Origin: an uncultured Nitrospinota bacterium
Lineage (GTDB): Bacteria; Tectomicrobia; Entotheonellia; J063; CAVPRW01
Direction of reading: 5' to 3'
NCBI GenBank assembly: GCA_963707985.1
Contig: CAVPRW010000010.1
Coordinates: 160,001 to 224,000 of the forward strand
Length of the DNA: 64,000 nucleotides
Below the pieces are notes generated by a model that saw only the letters and a list, made by a program, of their open reading frames with translations, searched no databases and had not been told where the DNA came from. Position 1 is the first letter of the stretch. Each line of letters starts with the position of its first letter. Both the position numbers and the translations under genes were made by a program. Of the stretch, positions 21,686 to 33,330 are shown piece by piece.

Positions 21686-22129
21686 GGAATTATCTCCTCT
21701 TTGGGGCAATCTGTGAAAATGCCATTCGAGTCTGACCCCAGTTCTCCAGTTCACGGAACATTTTCCTGTTCTCTGCCGGTAAGGCCATCCAGAAACAATG
21801 TGTAAGAACGCGGAAAGCTGATTAACTGATTGCTTTTAGGCATGTCATCGTCACCGCAGTCATCGTAGCGTTTAATATATTTCGCGGTAGTGGTACTGAT
21901 TCCCCATTTGTTATAAACGCTCCAGGTATAATACATAGCGGTATACAACATAGCCAGCATCCTTGTAGCCAGCGGTGGTCATGTTTTTGAATACTTGATA
22001 GCACTCAATTCATCGAACTATAGAAGCTTTGGATCTTCAGGCATAGGTTTGTGTTTAAGTATAAATAGTGTCATACTGTTTATTAATCATATCAGCATTT
22101 TTCTTTCAAAAATATTTTAGTTTAAAGGA

Positions 22130-24858
22130 TTATGGAGATGTGGTATTCTCAAAGAGTATCCTGATGGTAATATCTACGCGACGGTATCGCTGGTCATTGT
22201 TCCTGGGATCGGCTGTTTGTCCTAAGCTTTCTTCTGACCCTTTACCTTCATCGGTTACCACCTTGGCAGGGGTGGTATTATCAGGAACAGGGATCATTAC
22301 AGCCTCTGTTAAAGGATTGATCACGATCATGGGTACGGATCCCTTGTATTGCTGGTAAACATCCATGATGTACGTTCTTACATTTTGCGCCCGCCGGTTG
22401 GCAAGCTGCTCGTTTTCTGTGGCCGCAGCTACAAATGTTTTAGCGGAATTCCACCTCGCTGAAGCGTTACCTACAATACTCATACGTATATCCGATACCG
22501 TTGTATATTCTCCGTATTCTTTCAGCATCGATAAAACATCGTTTAGTACTTCCCTGTTGCTCCACTCGTGTTTGTCGTCCATGATCACATCGCTCTGTGT
22601 ATCGAAATAAACGGTGAATAGCCGTTCGAGAGGAGGAGGAGGAGGAGGAACAGGTCTTTTCTTTGGGTAACAATGTAAAGAGCTTTTCCATACCCATCGG
22701 AGCGGCACACCTGTAAACATTTTATAGGCAGGGTCACTAACGGCCTGCACCTGTACTCTTTCCTGCCCGCTAGACGTACTCCAGGAGGCGCCTTCCCTCA
22801 GCCATACAATGATGTTGTCTTCTTCCTTGGCGAAGCCGGTACCTTCTATTCCGCCAGTTACCTGGAACAAGGGTCCGCATTGACTTATATCTTCACTGTT
22901 AAGTATAGCCTTTGCTTCAATCATAGACATTTGTCGCTTATGCCTGAGCGTAGCTGTAAACCAGCTATCGGTCGTAGCGATCTGCCGTTCTTCATCTGTA
23001 AGTTTATATACTTCTTTTTTGATCTCATCTACTGTGGAGGCGGCATCAGAAATAACGGAACTAAGCCGGTGAAGATTGGGGAAACGATCATAACGCTTCA
23101 GCATGTCGCCGTTTTTATATTGCTCCGGCGCTTCGGGTACAGGAAGCGCCTCGGCCCATGCACGTGAAGCAGGCCAGTTCGCCATGATGGCGCCGGAGGT
23201 AAAGAAATGAGCGAGCATCATTCCATAGCGGTACCGATGTACAGGGTTGCTTAGTTCGTAGTCATCGGGAAATGGTGGCACATCGCCGCCGCTATGATAA
23301 GGGCCAGAATCCACACCACCGAATATGGCGCTGCCGATAGTAGTTATAAATCCTTTTTGCTTCGCGAGATTTTCCATTGTTTTTACATCATCGGGCGATA
23401 AGCTTTGATATAGCGGTTGTATCAGGTTCTGTTCTTCGATCAATGTTTGCATATCCCAGGCTTCGGCTTCTGCACCTGTTAAGGGTTTTTTTCTTTAAGA
23501 ATAGCAGCCGCAGTTTTGGAAACACATCATCGAAAATCACCTGGTTACCTCTTCTCATCAGTTGTTCTAGTGTATTGCCACGCATTACATTCCATCCTGC
23601 AGGATACCTTTCGCGCTACTTCATTGGCTCCGCCGGCAACTACATAAGCGGCCAATGGCCATTTGATTTCATGTCCTCTTGATCGCATTTTTTCATAAAA
23701 CCATAAATAGAAATTCCTTCGCTGGTCTATTTGGGTATATTGGCGACTCCGGCCATTTTCGAGGTTATAACTGTTAGCCTTATCCCAGGGTTCTGCCTGG
23801 GTTAGCCGGTCCATATAGGTCCGGTCACCATCCTGCATAGTTTTAGGATCGTCGGTAGGGCCGAATTCTTTGGACCGTATAGTGTTAGTTCGTGATACTC
23901 CATGCCCTTGCGTGGATAGGAAATTTACGGGTCTTTTTTCCCGCTCCGACGGCGCCCCACCTGTGGCCGCCCCTTCCTTCGCCTGCGTCCGTGCCCGCTG
24001 CAGCTGCTCGCCATCCTGCTGCACCACATGCGTCAACTCATGGGCCAGCAATTCGCGGCCACTTGATGTGCCGGGGTTGAATTCTCCCTGCTGAAAAAAG
24101 ATATCCTGTCCGGTCGTAAAGGCGCGTGCATTCAGGGAACGGGTGAGGTGGTCGGCGGTCGAGTCGGTATGCACCCTGACCCCACTGAAATCCGCGCCCA
24201 TCCCCTGTTCCATCGGCGCACGAACAGAGTCGGTCAGCGTCTGACTGTTGCCACGATTGGTATTGATCTGATTCTCGATTTCCGGGGTGACCTCTGGCGT
24301 TGCAGCAGAGGTAGCCTGCCGCTGAAGTGTTGCTGCGCATGACGGGCAAAGTGTCGCACTAGGATCACGCTGCAGTTTTTTGTTACACTCCGGGCAATGC
24401 TGAGGGCCTGAGGTGGCTTGCATCTTGGCTTGCCATGGCTCTGCGGCTTCGCCTGGGCGTTGCCCGCCTCGTTGCGTGGAGGAGGCCTTCTGGCTGACCA
24501 CCTGCCTCGCCACACGGTCAGCCTCTTGCTCATAGGGATCGTTCGGGGCGCCGACTGTGAGTTTCGCTTGTACCGTTGTCCCCCACAGGCGAGATAGGCG
24601 GGCATTCCCCATGGTGCGCTGCATGGAGCTCATCATCCGGGCTCGGCCAATGTGACCAACCCCTTGTCCCGGTGCCATCATCACGTCAGCCGTACGCATG
24701 GCGGATGGGTTACCATTCAGGGGAGGCGGCATTGACGTCGTGGTCTGCGCTGTCGGAGACGGTCCAGCCTGTTGTTCGGGCGGCTCAGGCTGCTTCTCCA
24801 TGTTCGGCGTCGGCCCCGCCTTGCTTTGCAGTTCGGCCTGGGTTTTGGTGGTGGACAA
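22130..24858 (-). pseudogene. Frameshifted eCIS cargo: leader, DUF4157, DUF2515-like region and C-terminal OmpA-like domain
   Basis: TTG start at 24858 aligns with paralog leaders; YEQEADRVA, AHELTHVVQQ; EIKWP..GNQVIFDD..EEQNLIQP; VYFD..IVGNAS..NEQLANRRAQNV..YRRVDITI. Confidence 0.75.
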
Positions 24859-24967
24859 TGTGCGATTTCCTATTATCCGTTGCTGGCATAACCCCAGACT
24901 CAGGATAACAACTCCATCCCTCATATCAAATTGCCAGGCTTCGTTCTCGCCACATTCATGTTAACGG

Positions 24968-26218
24968 TTAATGTGGTGGAACATAGTATGGCTGTGTTCT
25001 GCGCACATGTGTTTCTGCCAGCATCTCAGCAGTAGGTTTGAATATCTGCCGATGTGCTGTGATCCGTCGTACATGAGGTCTGAGTAAATTATATTTCCTT
25101 TTCAATTCAAGTATATTCACAGAGAATGTCACACCAAAATCTGGTTTGCCATTGTCCTTAGTCACATAGAAATCGAGAAGCAAGTTGGAAAGCTCAGTAT
25201 AAAACAGGACAAATTCCTCCTGATGCGCATCAATCAATTTCCTGACTTCCTGCTTTAGCGATGTTGCACCCAACCGAAACTTCTCGCGTATGGATTGTTT
25301 CTGAGCAAAATCACGCGTATTGTCGTAATCGTTTAACAAGTTGATATAGCGGTCTGCCATGAACAACGCCAAAGAAAGTTCGCGTTGGTCATGTTCAACT
25401 TCCGTTTCTGTATCCATGTCTTCGGATGAGACAAAACTTTGAAAGCCTGTAACCTTATTTTGGTGGCCGTGCTGTTGAAGAATAGCTAAAAACCTGCTCG
25501 CGAAGGATCCTTGTTCCCGTCTGCTCCAGGCAGTCGTACAGTTTGATAAATTAATCTCGCCTTTGAGGGCCGGCGTTAGTCCAAGTGTAACCAAGTAGTC
25601 ATAAAGTTCCTCGGGGGATTTCCCGGCTACCTTTGGCGGATGGTCTCCGAAGGCCGGCTCGCCGTGGGCAAGTATGGTAAGCGGCTCATCAGGCCGCAAA
25701 TACCACAGCGGAGGTAAAGGCCGATCTTGTGAATACCAATTCTCCTCAGTCACCAATTTGGTGGCGTGATGAGGAGATGCCCTGTTTTGACGTGCAATCT
25801 CGATATTCGCGGCGCGAATGATTGTTTCATCCGTGAGGTCCAGATTCAGAACCATCCGCTGAATGATAGGTTGACTAGAATCGACCTTCCTTTGCAGTTG
25901 GTCATTTGCTTGCGCCGAAGTTGATGTCGTACCCAGCATCCGATTCACACGCGTATTGCCCGCCGACTGCTGTAAACCCGTTATCAGGCGGGCACGTCCG
26001 GGAGCACCAGGGTTTTCTTCTGGCGTTGTCAGCAGCTCAGCGGCACGGGCAGCAGATGGAGCCTCGTGGGATGGGGGCAGCGCACCCGGCGCCACGGCCC
26101 GCTGTATGGGGGTGGCGTGCGCTGGCCCTTCCTGCTTCTCCGGCACTTCAGGCTGGACATCCACGGTCGGCGGCGGCGCCTTTGCGGGGACTTCAGCCTG
26201 GGTTTTTGTCGTAGCCAT
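24968..26218 (-). CDS. eCIS cargo: shared leader without DUF4157, plus His/Cys (clan CD, C80-like) protease-like domain
   Basis: LQQSAGNTRVNRML..QLQRK..IIQR leader; LTILAHG and INLSNCT spaced 42 residues apart. Confidence 0.65.
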   Translation of the reverse strand: MATTKTQAEVPAKAPPPTVDVQPEVPEKQEGPAHATPIQRAVAPGALPPSHEAPSAARAAELLTTPEENPGAPGRARLITGLQQSAGNTRVNRMLGTTSTSAQANDQLQRKVDSSQPIIQRMVLNLDLTDETIIRAANIEIARQNRASPHHATKLVTEENWYSQDRPLPPLWYLRPDEPLTILAHGEPAFGDHPPKVAGKSPEELYDYLVTLGLTPALKGEINLSNCTTAWSRREQGSFASRFLAILQQHGHQNKVTGFQSFVSSEDMDTETEVEHDQRELSLALFMADRYINLLNDYDNTRDFAQKQSIREKFRLGATSLKQEVRKLIDAHQEEFVLFYTELSNLLLDFYVTKDNGKPDFGVTFSVNILELKRKYNLLRPHVRRITAHRQIFKPTAEMLAETHVRRTQPYYVPPH

Positions 26219-26221
26219 CGT

Positions 26222-28594
26222 CTACCTCGGTTCTCGTGGCTCGAGCAAAATATCGGTCATGATCCACTCGTAGAACTCTTCCCCGAACTCCCCTTTGGTG
26301 ATCGGCTTACCGAGTTTCTGGTACTCACGAGCGGTAGCGAGCACCAGGTGCCGCAGCGTCATGGTTGGCTGCTGGCCCGGCTCGGCATCCGCCAGCGCCC
26401 GAAATGCCGCGTCGAGGACGATGTTGCGAATGTTGCCCCCAGCTAGGCGAAAGCGCTTGACCAGGGCGCGCATGCTCTCATCCGCTGGTCGGACCAGGCC
26501 AGCAGGGAACATACCTAGCCAGATGCGGTAGCGGGCCTCTTCTTCGGGGAAGGGGAATTCGACGATGACATGGATGCGGCGCATAAACGCTTCGTCGATA
26601 TTCTGCCGCAGGTTGGTCGCCAGGATCACGACGCCAGCATATTCTTCCACCCGTTGCAGTAAGAAGTTCACCTCCATGTTGGCCCAGCGGTCGCGGGCCT
26701 CTTTGACCTCACCGCGTTTGCCGAAGAGCGCATCGGCCTCATCGAAGAAGATTATGGCGTTGGAGTCCTCCGCTTCGGCAAAGACACGGCTGAGATTCTT
26801 CTCCGTCTCCCCGACGTACTTGCTCACCACCGCCGACAGGTCAATCTTGTACAGGTCGACGCCCTGTTCGCGGGCCAGTAGTTCAGCCGCCATGGTTTTG
26901 CCGGTCCCGGAGGAGCCGGTGAAGAGGACGATCATCCCCTTGCCGAGCGTCAGCCGGTGTTCGAAGCCCAGGCCAGACAATACCTGGCTCCGGTGGCGAA
27001 TCCGCTGCCGGAGCTCGTCGAGTTGGCGCCGATTGGATTCGGGTAGGATCAGGTCGGCGAAGGTCAGCTCGGTGCGCGGCTCCACGCGGCGGGCAAAGGT
27101 AATCAGGCGCCGGCCCGATTGGCGGCGACAGCCATCGTGCAGGTCTTCGCTGGTGATACGGGGACGCTGTGGGTCGCGCTGGAGGGCCAGCTCTCGCGCC
27201 GTCGCCAGGGCGTCGTCGATCTGGCCCTCGGTGAGTTGGAAGCTATTGGCCAGCAGTTCAACCAGCATGCCCCGATCCAAACCTGTATCGGTGAACGCCT
27301 GCGCGGGCGGCAGGTAGGTTGCCCATAACCGGCGCCGCAGCTCATAGCCTGGCACGGGAAATCCAAGCCGCACAAAGGGCCGGTCGTGAAAACGTCCGGA
27401 GGGGTCCCAGCTGATATGGCTGGCCAGAAAGCTCAGTCCTTGGAAACGCTCCGCTGCCGTCACGAGGTAGTCCCAGCGATGGGACGATTGATCCGCCTCC
27501 AGTAAGAGCTCACCCTGCGACCAGTAGAGTGCGGCGCCGCGCAGGCTAGCCTCACGATAACAGAGATCGATGTTGGTCTCGTAACCAGAGGGAGATCGGA
27601 GTGCAGCGGCGACGTCCGCAATCAGCAGAGGCATCGACACGGCCGTGCAAAAGGCGTTCGCTGACCGCAAGCGACCACTGCCGTATGGGCCCTGCAAAAA
27701 GAGCGTGGCGCCGGCAGTGGGGTCACGACGCAGGTCTTGCCACCATGCCGCCAGGGTCTTCAGCCGCGCCAGGCGCTCCGGGTCGGTAATCAATTGCTCC
27801 CAGGCGATTGGCTGGTCAGCTTCGCGCAGGATACCGTTCAGCCGGCCATCCAATTGCTCACTGCCAAGCAGATACGCGGCGATGCGGTCGTCGATTCGGA
27901 TCGAGCGTATGGGCAAGGGCTCGTCGCTTTGGCTTGTGCTCCCTGGCCCAAGCAGGTGGTGCGCCAGCAAGGGGGACTGGGCATCGAATGCAGCCCGGCC
28001 AGGCATGGGTTGGGGGGCAACCGGGTGTAAAATCTCCAAGGCTAATTCGACCGTGGGCCGCAGGCGCGAGGCATCGTCCTGGAGGTAGCCAAATAACCGG
28101 CGATAACGGCCGTCCAACTCGGGCAATAGGCATAGGAGCAGAATATCCCGTTCCAGGTCGGATAGGCTAAACAGATACTGCACACGCTCGAGGCGCAGGC
28201 TCAGCAGCGACGGCGTGTGGGCCTTGCGCACTTTGATCGCCCGCGCTAGCCGGTCTGCCGCGTGCCAGTAGGGCACAAGAGCCTGTTCAAGCTCTGCCGG
28301 TAAGGTGTCGGGCGGAATGAAAGAGGAGTTTAAATAGGTTGCCACCTCCGCATCGGTGACGTGCACCATCCCCCATAAGTGCTGGGGTTTACTCTTCCCG
28401 ATCAAGTGCAGCCAACGGATCACTTGGGCGCGGACGAGTTGGTCGATGCGGGCCAGTTCGTCCCAGAGATGCTCGATACTGCTGTGATACGGCGCGGACG
28501 GGATCGACCGAGCGCTGTCATGCAGCCAGGGTGACACCGGCGATGCATCGAACGCGTGCTGATTCGTGTCATTCAACTCATCGTACTCAGCCAT
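26222..28594 (-). CDS. eCIS AAA+ ATPase (Afp15/Pvc15-like); start uncertain (28594 or 28729)
   Basis: FGYLQDDASRLRPTV; GSSGTGKT; VVSKYVGETEKNL; FFDEADALFGKR. Confidence 0.93.
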   Translation of the reverse strand: MAEYDELNDTNQHAFDASPVSPWLHDSARSIPSAPYHSSIEHLWDELARIDQLVRAQVIRWLHLIGKSKPQHLWGMVHVTDAEVATYLNSSFIPPDTLPAELEQALVPYWHAADRLARAIKVRKAHTPSLLSLRLERVQYLFSLSDLERDILLLCLLPELDGRYRRLFGYLQDDASRLRPTVELALEILHPVAPQPMPGRAAFDAQSPLLAHHLLGPGSTSQSDEPLPIRSIRIDDRIAAYLLGSEQLDGRLNGILREADQPIAWEQLITDPERLARLKTLAAWWQDLRRDPTAGATLFLQGPYGSGRLRSANAFCTAVSMPLLIADVAAALRSPSGYETNIDLCYREASLRGAALYWSQGELLLEADQSSHRWDYLVTAAERFQGLSFLASHISWDPSGRFHDRPFVRLGFPVPGYELRRRLWATYLPPAQAFTDTGLDRGMLVELLANSFQLTEGQIDDALATARELALQRDPQRPRITSEDLHDGCRRQSGRRLITFARRVEPRTELTFADLILPESNRRQLDELRQRIRHRSQVLSGLGFEHRLTLGKGMIVLFTGSSGTGKTMAAELLAREQGVDLYKIDLSAVVSKYVGETEKNLSRVFAEAEDSNAIIFFDEADALFGKRGEVKEARDRWANMEVNFLLQRVEEYAGVVILATNLRQNIDEAFMRRIHVIVEFPFPEEEARYRIWLGMFPAGLVRPADESMRALVKRFRLAGGNIRNIVLDAAFRALADAEPGQQPTMTLRHLVLATAREYQKLGKPITKGEFGEEFYEWIMTDILLEPREPR

Positions 28595-28688
28595 ATCATC
28601 AGTTCCATTGCAGCGATCCACTGCCAGGTCCAGATTTATAATGTGCGGTGCGATGTCGTTGTATGCCGCCGCACCCCGATAGCTCCCG

Positions 28689-31233
28689 TCAAGTACCTCG
28701 CACTCTAAAGCGCACGCGTCGCGGCTCAAGCCATGATACCGCTTCCAATTCCACCAGGTAGCCAGCCATGTCGATGACCATGTCCAGCGGCCGGTGCTCC
28801 AATTCGACCAGCAAGCTGTTCTGGTAGATGGAGATGTGGCCCGGCCGGCGGATGAAATTGGTCAACAGGTAAGGCACACTCGAATCGGCGAAGTGCCGCA
28901 GCCAGCGTGCCCAAAGCCGTAGCAAGCTGATGGCTGTCAGGGCGATGGTGAGGTCGGCTTGAGGGAAACCAAGTTGACCGGCGTCGAGCGCCGCCAGCGC
29001 TGCCAGCAATTGATTGCGGCCGGCGACGTGGGCCGCAGCCACGTCGTCTGTTGCCTGTGATCCAACCACGACCTGGCGCCAGGCTGAGGTGACGGGAGCC
29101 AGAGTGTCGTCAATAATGAGCGCATCGGGTTGGTGCCCACTGGCCGTGGCCCATGCATCCAGCCATTCAGCCACGACGTTCGGTACACCTGACACGTCAA
29201 CAATACGGCCGAGGGGCCAGAGCGTAGCCGTTTCGTCGCCAGCCACGATCGCCGTTACGCCACTCTCCAGCAGCACGTGGTACAGGTGGAGCGCGGATAC
29301 CACCCAGGAGCCGCTGCGAGACCATGGTTTGCAACCAGGTGGCTTGAAAACGCGCCTCTTCGGCCAGACTCGTTGTGGACCAACGAGCGCGCAGGGTGGC
29401 AAGGGACCAGTCCGCCTCGCGGTGGACGTCGTCGTTATCTTGCCCAGCGAATAGCAGCAAGCCCCGGTCGATCTGACCGTCCACGACGCCATATGGACCG
29501 GCCCAACGCATATAGAGGGCAAGCAACATCGACTGCAGGTGGGAGGCTCCGAGTGTGCCCTGGGCTGGATAGTGTTCACGTTCGACCAGGCCCGCCAGTC
29601 GGGAATCCAGGAGCGCCCTGAACAAGAGCGCAACACCAGCACACTGGGTGTCGATGCCGGCCCTGGAGAACAGAGCCGCCCCATTGTCGCTGGTGGCCAG
29701 CGTCTCGATCACAGTCAGGGCCAGTGGACCCAGGTCGGCCAGGAACTGGAACGCCGTGGCCGCACCAGCACGTGCCCCCTCTGGCAGGGCACGGAGCACG
29801 GCCGCGCTATCACGGCTATGTAGCCAGCGTAGCATTTCGGTAGCCGAGCGGGCACGCATAACCCAGGCCCACGCCATCAGCAGGCGTTGGATCATCTCCG
29901 GCGCCATAGGGTCACCGGCCCAGCCTGGGAATTGTTCGACAAACACAGCATACAGGCGCAAGGCGTTCGCTGGTGCGTCGGGCTGCCGGTGATCTAGTCC
30001 TAGCCCTCCGGCGCGGAGGACGACGAGTAGACTCTCCAGGAGCTCACGCTGTCGCGGTGTCGGGCCATGACCCGCTGGCCGGAGAGGCAAAACGGCGTGC
30101 AACTCGTCTTCGTGTGGATATAACGCCTGTCTACCAAGAAGCTCAAGTGATCCGGATAGAGAAATTTGGTTCTGGAGCACCGCCCAATCATCCTGTGCGT
30201 GCCCAGGGCTAAGGGGATAGCTCTCTACCAGCATCTCTGCGAAAGCCACCTGGAGCCAAGCCCTATCCAACCAATCGAGACTTGCCAACACTTCGCGCAG
30301 TCGTTCCAGGAACGTTTGGTAGCGCTCCTGATCTCTGTGTGCCTGCGACCCTAATAGGAAGATCGATTCGCCCCCTTCAGCTTCACTGGGCACGGCCCAC
30401 GGTGGGCGAAGATGACCGTGTGTGGTAAGAAAGCGTAGGATGTGGAGCAGCGCGGCCGCTAGCCCGATACGATCGCGCCAGTCAGGCGGCGAGGGCCTGG
30501 TGGCTAGGTACGCCTGCAATAATACTTCACGGTTCGAGGGGGATGCGGCCCATAGGTCTAATTGGTCTACCAAACGCAGCGCCTCGACTAGCAAAGATCC
30601 GAAGGCAGCCCGCTCGGTTCCCGGCGCAATACGCACCTGGGACCACAGCCAGCGCTGGGTTGAAGCGTCGAGCATGGCCAACAGTGCCGCGAGCGCCCCG
30701 TAGCGTTGGAGATAGCCCAGGATCGCAGGCAGGTGATCAGCGTTCTCGTGCAGTACAGTTCGTACAATCTCCCAGGGATCGCGAGCGCGGAGGGCAGCAA
30801 ATGCACCGTAAAACCACTGGTTCCATGGCGTACCGTGTGCGAGGTCGGCCAGAAAACGGGCCACGTACTCCGCCTGATTGGCGAAGCAAACCACTAGCAG
30901 GGGAGCGCCGGCATCTCTCCCACCCGGACTGACTGTTCCCGTACTCTGGGCGGCAATCGCGTGCATCACCGCACCTGCCATACGGTCACCCCACCGCTGG
31001 GCAAGCTGAGCATCGGTCACATAGACGTCCACGAGCAACGCGATATCGAAGTCTACCTGGCGAAGGATGTAAACCGCCGGGTCGTCGCCTAGCGCCTCAT
31101 CGAGGGCAGTGGCGTAGTTGACCGCGATCTGCTCACGCGCCATGCGCTCCAAACGTGCCACCAACACGTTCGCCGAGGCCGAGTTGCCCAGGATGCGGTA
31201 GTCGCAGTGTAGGTGTCCAATATGGCCATCCAT
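28689..31233 (-). CDS. Tape-measure-like protein (Afp14-like), split by one frameshift near 29300
   Basis: Position before the ATPase; C-terminal LLTNFIRRPG...RPLDMVI...VSWL resembles the CIS tape-measure terminus. Confidence 0.6.
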
Positions 31234-31243
31234 GGTTGAATTC

Positions 31244-33293
31244 CTATCCCGGCGGCGGTGGGCACAGTATTTCCCGTAGCCTATCCTCCAGTCCCTGGAA
31301 CTCTGGGTCGTCCCTGATCAATTGCGCAAAATCACGAACCTGGTCCAGATGTGCCTGCAGGCTCCTTGCCAAGAGTCGCTGGGCATCCCCCGACCCAAGG
31401 GCTAGGCCGAAGAAAGCCGTTGCCCAGTCCTGGTGGGCCAGCAAAGTATTGAGCACTGCTTGCCGTCCTTCGTCGCTTCCGAGCAATCCATCAGCTGCCG
31501 CTCGCCGGCCTTCGTCGGTTGCCAGCAGGTTCTCAGCGACGGCCTGGCGCCCGGCGTCGGTTTGCAGCAGTTTGGTTAAGAATGCGCGCAACTGCTCGGG
31601 ATCGCCCAACAACTCATCGGCCACAGCCTGCTGCCCGGCGTCGCTCGCCAACAGGCTCTCAGCAATGGCTTGGCGGCCGCCCTCGTTTTCCAGCAGTCTG
31701 GTCAATAACGCCCGCAACTGATCGGGATGGCCCAACAGCGCATTGACCACAGCCTGCTGCCCGGCGTCGTTCGCCAACAGGCTCTCCGCGGCAGCCTGGC
31801 GGCCAGCCGGACTTGCCAGCAGGCCATTCAGTACAGCCTGTAAGGCTGACTGGTTTGCTAGCAGCGCCTCGATAATGGCCTGGGCATTTACCGCGGCCAG
31901 AGCGTCGGCTACCGCCCGCGCATGATTGGCTACCAGGCTCGCGATAGCGTCTTGTAAAGCCGCCGTGTTTGCCAATAGCGCATCGATAAATGCCCGCAGC
32001 CGTTCTGGCTGTGCCGCGATCACAACCACCACCTGCTGCCGGCCGGCTTCTGTATCCAGCAACTTACCCAGGGCGGCCAGGTCGATGCCGGAAGGACCCG
32101 TGTACAACTGCTCCAACCGTGGGGTGACACTACCGGCCGCCGCGGAATAGCTGGCCGTGAGAAACCCTGTGGCCGCGTCGCTCAGCGTTGGCCCAAGTGT
32201 ATCGGCTTGTGTTCTCGCAATGAAGCCTTCGACGATTAGATTGCCGTGCACGGTCACCGTACAGTCATCAGCAACGGTCAAGCAAGGTTTGAACGTTTTC
32301 TCGTTGGCAGACCAGGTGCCGATGGTGACCTGGTTGCTGCCGTTGCCTTCCGGCAACTCGATGCGCAAGTCTTCGCGGAAGGTTAGGGTCATTAGGGGCA
32401 CCCTGGGCATCTTTGGTGTGATAGATCTGCCATGGCCGAGGGGTCTCGACCACGCCGCCGGTGCCTACTTCGATGGTGCCCCCGTCGACCGTCAAATTGC
32501 CATATAAAGTAATGTTGCCGAAAACTGTCGCTGGGCCTTGCGGGTCGATTTGCAAACGAGGTTGTGCTGTCTTCGTCAGCGGATCACTGAGGAAGATCAC
32601 AAAGCCGGCGCGGTCTTCTGCTGTCTCAGCTTCCAACTGCACCCGCGCCTGGCCCGAAGGGGTGACGATACTGGTGCCCACTAAGCCGACGTACGGGCGG
32701 TCCGCCAGGTTAACACTGTATGTAAAGGGCTGGTTAGGTTTAGGTGGCGTGCGCGTCACCTGACCAAGAAATACTGGCCAGCCGGCCTGCGGGTCGTCAG
32801 GTGGCGTACGGGTGGGATCGAAGCTCAAGTCCCCTGCGGGGACGCTCTTCGGCTGGCGGCGGTCAGGGTAAGCCAAGTCAGGCGCTTCGAGCCGGATGAT
32901 CGGGAGCTCCAGCCAACGATAGAAGGTATCGGCCTGGCCGTCACCGCAGTTGCCATAGCCCTTGGGCACATCATCGCTGCTCTGTAGCGCATACACCAAC
33001 CATACGTCCAGTACATCCTGCCTCTTTTCGTCAAAACTTTGGGGTGGCAGGGATTGCTGGTCTGCGAGAATAAGATAGCGTCCATAACCATCAACAGCCA
33101 CCCCGGGCAAAACCCACAGATTCCCATCCTTATCCTTGTAAAGTTCTAGGCCGCGTACGATGCCCCAGGTGTGGTGGGCGATGTTGTGCCGACGCTGCAT
33201 TGCCAGGTGATAGGCCTGCTCATCCGTAAAATCCTGCGTGCGCAGGAATTGACGCTCGAAGTAATGGACGCGGGCGATAGTGTTGTTGCTCAT
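31244..33293 (-). CDS. Fibre/baseplate-associated paralog 4 with 14-aa helical repeat tail (frameshift near 32400)
   Basis: RVHYFERQFLRTQDFTDEQAYH..HTWGIVRGL..PGVAVDGYGR. Confidence 0.65.
31300..31804 (-). repeat. About 12 tandem 14-aa (42-nt) repeats with a 126-nt higher-order unit
   Basis: GRQAAAESLLANDA/GQQAVVNALLGHPD/QLRALLTRLLENEG/GRQAIAESLLASDA/GQQAVADELLGDPE/QLRAFLTKLLQTDA/GRQAVAENLLATDE... Confidence 0.85.
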
Positions 33294-33330
33294 GGTTGTC
33301 AGATTCCTTCAGTTATCAGCATTGCGCTCT

